DNA of 49,621 nt from Minisyncoccota bacterium (GTDB lineage Bacteria > Patescibacteriota > Minisyncoccia > Minisyncoccales > PWPS01), in the NCBI GenBank assembly GCA_021734685.1, contig JAIPIL010000001.1:1-49621 (forward strand), in the 5' to 3' direction. Under the pieces are notes generated by a model. It saw only the letters and a list, made by a program, of their open reading frames with translations. It made no database searches and was not told the DNA's origin. The translations under genes were made by a program, and so were the position numbers. Below are positions 44,930-49,621 of this stretch, one piece after another; the first letter of the stretch is position 1; each line of letters opens with the position of its first letter.

Positions 44930-46947
44930 TTAAAAAACAATTTAAAAATATTCTCTCAAGTTTTAAAGAAACAAAAACCCTTCTTTTTGCTTCGGTTTTC
45001 GCTTTGTCTGCTCCTCTTCTTGTGAACGCAAATTTTGTTTATGAAGGAATGGTGAGTTTTTTTGTGACTATTGCAAAAATTCCCTATTACTTAACAATAT
45101 ATCCAGCGATATGGATGACTGATCTTTTGTCTTTTGTGACAAGCTCTGATTTTATTACTTTTTCATATACAGGAGGAGATAATCCCGCTATTGCTGCTGG
45201 TCTTCCGATAACGCAAGGAATATCAAATATAATTTTAATACTGGTTTTACTGATTGTTATTGTTGGAATAATTCTTGAACTGAACGAATACGGATCAAAA
45301 AAGATGTTCGTTAAATTGTTAATAGTGGCTCTTTTAATAAACTTTGCTCCACTGCTCGTCGGTTTAATTGTTGACGCAAGCAATGTTCTTATGAATTATT
45401 TTATTGCAGGAATTGGAGATGAGATAAGCGCAATAAAAAGCACAATTGCTGGTGATGGGGGAAAGTTAATATTAGAAGAACTGGACGCAGAAGGGAAAGC
45501 GGGAGGAATTACAGAAGATATGTTAGTGCCAGTAGCTCTCCTTCTTATGCAGGCATTTATTAATGTCATAATGATTTTCGTTCTTTTCTTGTATGCTCTT
45601 TTATATATCTGTCGTTATATCGCAATATGGATTATTGTGATTCTTTCCCCGATCGCATTTGTTTGTATGATTCATACAACTACACAGAAATTATGGAAAG
45701 ATTGGTTTAAGCAGCTGATGCAGTGGTCACTTGTTGGTGCAACAGGAGCTTTCTTTCTTTACTTGTCTTTAAAAGTTAATTCTGAAATAAGAGCAGCGTA
45801 TGATACGGTTGGGATTCCAGTAGAAGGAGAGTCATTTATTTCAGACACTTTTAGTGCTATTCTTCCTCTCGGAATGGTGGCGATTTTTGCAGTAATGGGA
45901 TATATCTTAGCAATAAAAACCTCAGCGATAGGAACAGATAAAATAATAAATGTTGGACAATCAACAAGAAGGAGAGCAGTGAAGTGGGGCGCTGTTGGCG
46001 GTTATGTTGCTGGAAAATATGGAGCAAAGAAAGCAAAAGAAGGAGCGCAGTGGGGAGGAAATAAGATAGCTGGAGATAGAGCAAAAGGATGGTCAACAAA
46101 AGAAAACTGGGGAGAAGGCGAGAGTGGCTTTAAGGGATGGGCAAAAAGGACAGCAGGAAAGCCAATAACTGGAACGGCAAGAGCAACGGGAAGATTCTTT
46201 GGTCCAGGAGCTGAAGAACAACAACAAAACAAAGAACAAGAAAAGATAAATAAAGAGAAAGAGAAGTGGAAAGGAAGAAGCACTGATATTAAAGCTTCAA
46301 ATATAATGGGTGAGGGAAACAAGAGAGATATGGGAGCAGTGGTTAGTGCTGCGATAGAAGATGGAGATTTTGAAGATTTGATGAAAACTCCAGCTGGAAA
46401 GAAAATTCAAGAAAATTATGCCAATATCTATAAAACAATGAGTAAAGGGGGATCTGATAAGGCGATAAAAGAAGCACTTCCAGTTGAGTATCTTAATATG
46501 AAAAAAGCGGAAGGAATTAGTGAAAGCGAACTTGAAAAAGAAACAATGAATATCGCTAGAAATGGTGATGCATTAAAAGGATCAGCAAAACAAATTGAAA
46601 AAAGAATAGAAGAGGGCGACGAGATGGCAATGAAGCTTGGAAGAAATATATTACAACAAAAAACTAACACCATTCAGTCGTTTGTTGATAACGCCGAGAA
46701 AGGAATGAAAGCGTTTGAGCAAGTAGCTACACAATACTACAATAAGAATGAAGGATCCTTGAAAAATGCTTATAAGATATCTAGCGATGGAGATAAGATT
46801 AATGCTGCTATCTACACCCTTAATCCTTCGTTTGTTAAACACATTGACAAATCTCCAGGACAGATTATAACTGACATAAAAACTCCAGAATTAAAACAAT
46901 CTAGTGGAGGATCACCAATAGTAGATCAGTATGGAAACCCACTTTAG
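44926..46947 (+). CDS. VirB6/TrbL-like polytopic membrane protein with Gly/Lys-rich hydrophilic C-terminal tail
   Basis: Signal sequence, five or more hydrophobic helices across 250 aa (…IILILVLLIVIVGIIL…, …VLFLYALLYICRYIAIWIIVILSPIAFVCMI…), then a long charged tail. The start overlaps the upstream stop (ATGA), suggesting translational coupling. Confidence 0.45.
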   Translation: MIKKQFKNILSSFKETKTLLFASVFALSAPLLVNANFVYEGMVSFFVTIAKIPYYLTIYPAIWMTDLLSFVTSSDFITFSYTGGDNPAIAAGLPITQGISNIILILVLLIVIVGIILELNEYGSKKMFVKLLIVALLINFAPLLVGLIVDASNVLMNYFIAGIGDEISAIKSTIAGDGGKLILEELDAEGKAGGITEDMLVPVALLLMQAFINVIMIFVLFLYALLYICRYIAIWIIVILSPIAFVCMIHTTTQKLWKDWFKQLMQWSLVGATGAFFLYLSLKVNSEIRAAYDTVGIPVEGESFISDTFSAILPLGMVAIFAVMGYILAIKTSAIGTDKIINVGQSTRRRAVKWGAVGGYVAGKYGAKKAKEGAQWGGNKIAGDRAKGWSTKENWGEGESGFKGWAKRTAGKPITGTARATGRFFGPGAEEQQQNKEQEKINKEKEKWKGRSTDIKASNIMGEGNKRDMGAVVSAAIEDGDFEDLMKTPAGKKIQENYANIYKTMSKGGSDKAIKEALPVEYLNMKKAEGISESELEKETMNIARNGDALKGSAKQIEKRIEEGDEMAMKLGRNILQQKTNTIQSFVDNAEKGMKAFEQVATQYYNKNEGSLKNAYKISSDGDKINAAIYTLNPSFVKHIDKSPGQIITDIKTPELKQSSGGSPIVDQYGNPL

Positions 46948-46952
46948 TTAAA

Positions 46953-47363
46953 ATGAACAACGAAAAAATAACAAAAAACGAATATTTGGAGATATACAGA
47001 AAACTTCCCAAAGAAGTGAAGGATCTCTTCTGGTCTGAGGAGGTAGTTTTAGTTATTAAAAAATTAGAACAAAGGTACAATATCAGAGGAAACGCACTTC
47101 CAGTTATTGTTGGCTTTGTTCTTCTGGGATTAGTTCCTCTTTCTAATATCTCTAAAACGATAAGAATAAAAACCAGAATAAGCGAAGAAGAAGCAGAAAG
47201 TTTAGCAGATGACATCAAAAGACACATTCTAAAACCTGTTAAACATTTTTTAGAAACAGAGTATGAAGAAGAGTTCGCTCTTCAAGAAAAAGAAGGTGAT
47301 GATGAAGAGATAAAAACAGCTCTCAAAAAAGCAAAAACAGATCCGTATAAAGAACCATTTTAA
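46953..47363 (+). CDS. Hypothetical single-pass membrane protein (last gene of the + strand T4SS-like operon)
   Basis: One TM (ALPVIVGFVLLGLVPL) and an acidic C-terminus. No recognizable motif. Confidence 0.4.
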   Translation: MNNEKITKNEYLEIYRKLPKEVKDLFWSEEVVLVIKKLEQRYNIRGNALPVIVGFVLLGLVPLSNISKTIRIKTRISEEEAESLADDIKRHILKPVKHFLETEYEEEFALQEKEGDDEEIKTALKKAKTDPYKEPF

Positions 47364-47398
47364 TAAAAAGAGGGGAGGTGTTAGACACCTCCCCTTTA
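47364..47398. terminator. Bidirectional terminator hairpin (aggggaggtg-ttaga-cacctcccct) with flanking A/T runs
   Basis: 10-bp perfect stem between the convergent 136-aa gene and the SPFH gene. Confidence 0.65.
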
Positions 47399-47414
47399 CT
47401 CACCTCCTTTCATT

Positions 47415-48740
47415 TTAGAGATTTGCTCTTTTTATCATTTTTTTTCTTTCTTCGGCTGAAAATGGAACTTCACTGCTTCTATTAGCAGGAGGAGTTCCAC
47501 CGCCACTGTTTCCACTTCCGTCAGCAATTGTTTTAGCAAAAGCAAGGAGATCTACTCCGCCTCCCTTGCTTCCTTCAACAGAAACAATTTTTCGGTCAAC
47601 TCTTTCCCCAGCGGTTGTTTCTACAAGGTTTACGGCAAGCTCCGGAGATATTCCGGACTTGATATATCCCCTGATCATCTGCTTCTTCTTCTTGAAGCGA
47701 ATTTCAGCTGCTCCCATCTTGGCAACACTACTTCTTTCTTGTTCAAAAGCTCGTTGCACCTCTTCTGAGAAGTCAACTCGCGCCATCTTGAAGCGGGCAA
47801 CTTTAATTCCGTAGAGCTTTTCAGTTGGAGAAAATTTTTCTTCAGGAACGATGTCGTCAAGTTCAAAAAGCAGGTTGATCCTTCCGATGTTGTCGTTGTA
47901 GAAGGCGATTAGGTCAATTTCGCCACCTTCTTTTTTCAGATTCCACTCGTTCGGGTCAAGTTTTTTTCGGATAGTTTCAAGTTTTCCGATTAAAACTTGA
48001 TCACTGGTCATTCTTTTCCAACGGTCAATATCTTTTCTCGAGACGATGATTCCCATTATCTTTTTTGCCTCTGGAGTTGGAGCTTTTCCAAACTCTTTTC
48101 GGACTTCATCGGCTGCTACTCCAACAGCATTTCCATTATCATCCACCTCAACTTCATTGAGATAGTAGTGAGGCGGTCTTTCCAGACGAAAAACACAATC
48201 GATCAGAACCGCAACCTTGGCACGGTTTTGATAGAAGTCGTCAGCATCTTTTGTTCCGCATACCGACCCGAATTCATCCTCAATGGTGTCCACCATCCCT
48301 CTCTTGATCGTATCTTCTGTCATCTCAATGTAGGTGTTCAGATCGTAAGGGCGGTACTGAACAGAGCCAGTCATCTTGATAACAATTCTGTCTTTTGAGG
48401 TTGCTTCGGTGGTAACCTCAGCCGTTGTCAGTTTTTTCTCAAAGACCTCTTCTAGAACATCAACGAGAGGAAGAAGAAGATGGAGACCTTCTTCTAAGAT
48501 TCTAACTTCTCCATTTTTTTTCTTTACTCTTTTTCCAAACCGAGTAGGAATGGCGCCGTGAACGGTCGGAACCCTTGCCAATGAGTTAAAGGCAAGAATA
48601 AGAGCCACAAGGACGAAACCGACAAGCAAAGAGATTATGGGAAAAAATTGAAAATAAACAAATCCGACAACCAACAGTGAAACGATGACGAGCAAGGTAA
48701 ACGCGCTTTTGTTTTTAAGAAACTTTCCTGACTTTTCCAT
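47415..48740 (-). CDS. SPFH/band-7 (stomatin/prohibitin/flotillin-like) domain membrane protein
   Basis: N-terminal TMs, then a PHB-like core (…RVPTVHGAIPTRFGKR…RILEEGLHLLLPLVD…) and the characteristic …VQRAFEQE… helix. Gly-rich C-terminus. Confidence 0.65.
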   Translation of the reverse strand: MEKSGKFLKNKSAFTLLVIVSLLVVGFVYFQFFPIISLLVGFVLVALILAFNSLARVPTVHGAIPTRFGKRVKKKNGEVRILEEGLHLLLPLVDVLEEVFEKKLTTAEVTTEATSKDRIVIKMTGSVQYRPYDLNTYIEMTEDTIKRGMVDTIEDEFGSVCGTKDADDFYQNRAKVAVLIDCVFRLERPPHYYLNEVEVDDNGNAVGVAADEVRKEFGKAPTPEAKKIMGIIVSRKDIDRWKRMTSDQVLIGKLETIRKKLDPNEWNLKKEGGEIDLIAFYNDNIGRINLLFELDDIVPEEKFSPTEKLYGIKVARFKMARVDFSEEVQRAFEQERSSVAKMGAAEIRFKKKKQMIRGYIKSGISPELAVNLVETTAGERVDRKIVSVEGSKGGGVDLLAFAKTIADGSGNSGGGTPPANRSSEVPFSAEERKKMIKRANL

Positions 48741-48853
48741 TAGTAACTCCTCCTGTTATATAAAAATTGTTTAGTGTGCGATCATAAAATCCTTCCTTTT
48801 TATGCTTATATTTTACCACCAAAAAAACAATCTGTCAACACTATACTAACAAT

Positions 48854-48890
48854 CCCCCCCCCATGTCCAACCCGGGGTTGGACATGGGGA
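48854..48890. repeat. REP palindrome upstream of RAYT (C9-ATGTCCAACCCGGGGTTGGACATGGGG)
   Basis: Perfect 15-bp arms. Same sequence as 2041..2070 and 49591..49620. Confidence 0.8.
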
Positions 48891-48915
48891 TATTTTTTTG
48901 ATATTATAATTTTAT

Positions 48916-49584
48916 ATGAAAAGAAAAGACCCATTAGTTACTGGAAATGTTTATCATATTTTAAATAAAAGCATTGCGGGTTATAATATATTTCCCTCAG
49001 ATAATGATTATGAACTTTTTATCAAGATGATTAGATTTTTTTCTGTTGATGAAGATCTTCCAAAGTTTTCTCGTCTTTTGCCTCAAGCTGAAAGTGAAAG
49101 AAAAAGTTTTGAGCAATTTTTAGATGAAAAAACAAATAACAATTTCTTGATTCAGATAATTGCTTACACTGTCATGCCAACCCATTTTCATTTAGTAGTT
49201 AAACAACTTAAAGATGAGGGAATTTCAAAATTTTCAGGAAATATTTTAGGATCTTATTCACGAATATTTAATGCTCGTCATAAAAGAAGAGGACCTTTGT
49301 GGGAAAGCAGGTTTAAAAATGTTCCTGTTACTACTGATGAGCAGTTAATACACTTAACTAGATACACACACCTTAACGCGAGAACAGCAGGATTGGTTGA
49401 AAAGCCAGAACATTGGAAATATTCTTCATACAAAGAATATATTGAACCAGAAAAAATTAGTTATCCTATTTGTAAATTTGATGACTTGTTTGATATAAAT
49501 CCTTCAGAGTATCGTAAATTCGTAGAAGATCAAAAAGACTATCAAAGAGAACTAGCCAGAATCAAAAAAATAACCCTTGAATAA
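48916..49584 (+). CDS. REP-associated tyrosine transposase (RAYT; IS200/IS605-like Y1 HUH transposase)
   Basis: HUH motif PTHFHLVV and a catalytic-Tyr region (IHLTRYTHLNARTAGLVEKPEHWKYSSY). Flanked on both sides by the REP palindrome. Confidence 0.8.
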   Translation: MKRKDPLVTGNVYHILNKSIAGYNIFPSDNDYELFIKMIRFFSVDEDLPKFSRLLPQAESERKSFEQFLDEKTNNNFLIQIIAYTVMPTHFHLVVKQLKDEGISKFSGNILGSYSRIFNARHKRRGPLWESRFKNVPVTTDEQLIHLTRYTHLNARTAGLVEKPEHWKYSSYKEYIEPEKISYPICKFDDLFDINPSEYRKFVEDQKDYQRELARIKKITLE

Positions 49585-49590
49585 ATTTTT

Positions 49591-49620
49591 CCCATGTCCA
49601 ACCCGGGGTTGGACATGGGG
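49591..49620. repeat. REP palindrome downstream of RAYT
   Basis: CCCATGTCCAACCCGGGGTTGGACATGGGG with perfect arms. Confidence 0.8.
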
Positions 49621-49621
49621 T

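Overview
This is a 49.6-kb, AT-rich, gene-dense bacterial chromosomal segment. The gene content suggests a small-genome Patescibacteria/CPR-like lineage: a minimal IF-2, a short YidC, a PilB-type ATPase and many tightly packed tRNAs. That lineage call is an inference, not a database result. The window spans the replication origin region (dnaN-dnaA | oriC | rpmH-rnpA-yidC). It carries 18 tRNA genes and housekeeping genes: recG, tsaD, tsaE, gyrA, ftsH, rplS, infB, ruvB, ruvC, a PBP1A-like protein, and S1, RluA-family, YebC and Hsp20 proteins. It also carries a HigB/HigA-like toxin-antitoxin pair and two mobile-element signatures: a large serine recombinase bounded by 155-bp inverted repeats next to tRNA-Ser, and a REP-associated tyrosine transposase (RAYT) flanked by REP palindromes. 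The most notable content is a compact type IV secretion-like module right next to oriC (34.8-47 kb). It consists of a VirB4-type ATPase, an apparently split VirB4 N-terminal piece, a PrgI/VirB3-like protein and a VirB6/TrbL-like polytopic membrane protein. Alongside these are two large cysteine-rich secreted proteins whose N-termini form VirB2/TrbC pilin-like two-helix domains, and a 957-aa acidic repeat protein. Three stand-alone VirB2-like paralogs sit 27 kb away. Intergenic DNA is full of several short repeat families that ordinary annotation does not explain: a conserved CTGGATTCCCGC-loop-GCGGGAATGACA hairpin (at least 9 copies), 7-bp tandem arrays, MITE-like inverted-repeat elements placed directly against T4SS gene start codons, and an invariant terminator palindrome.
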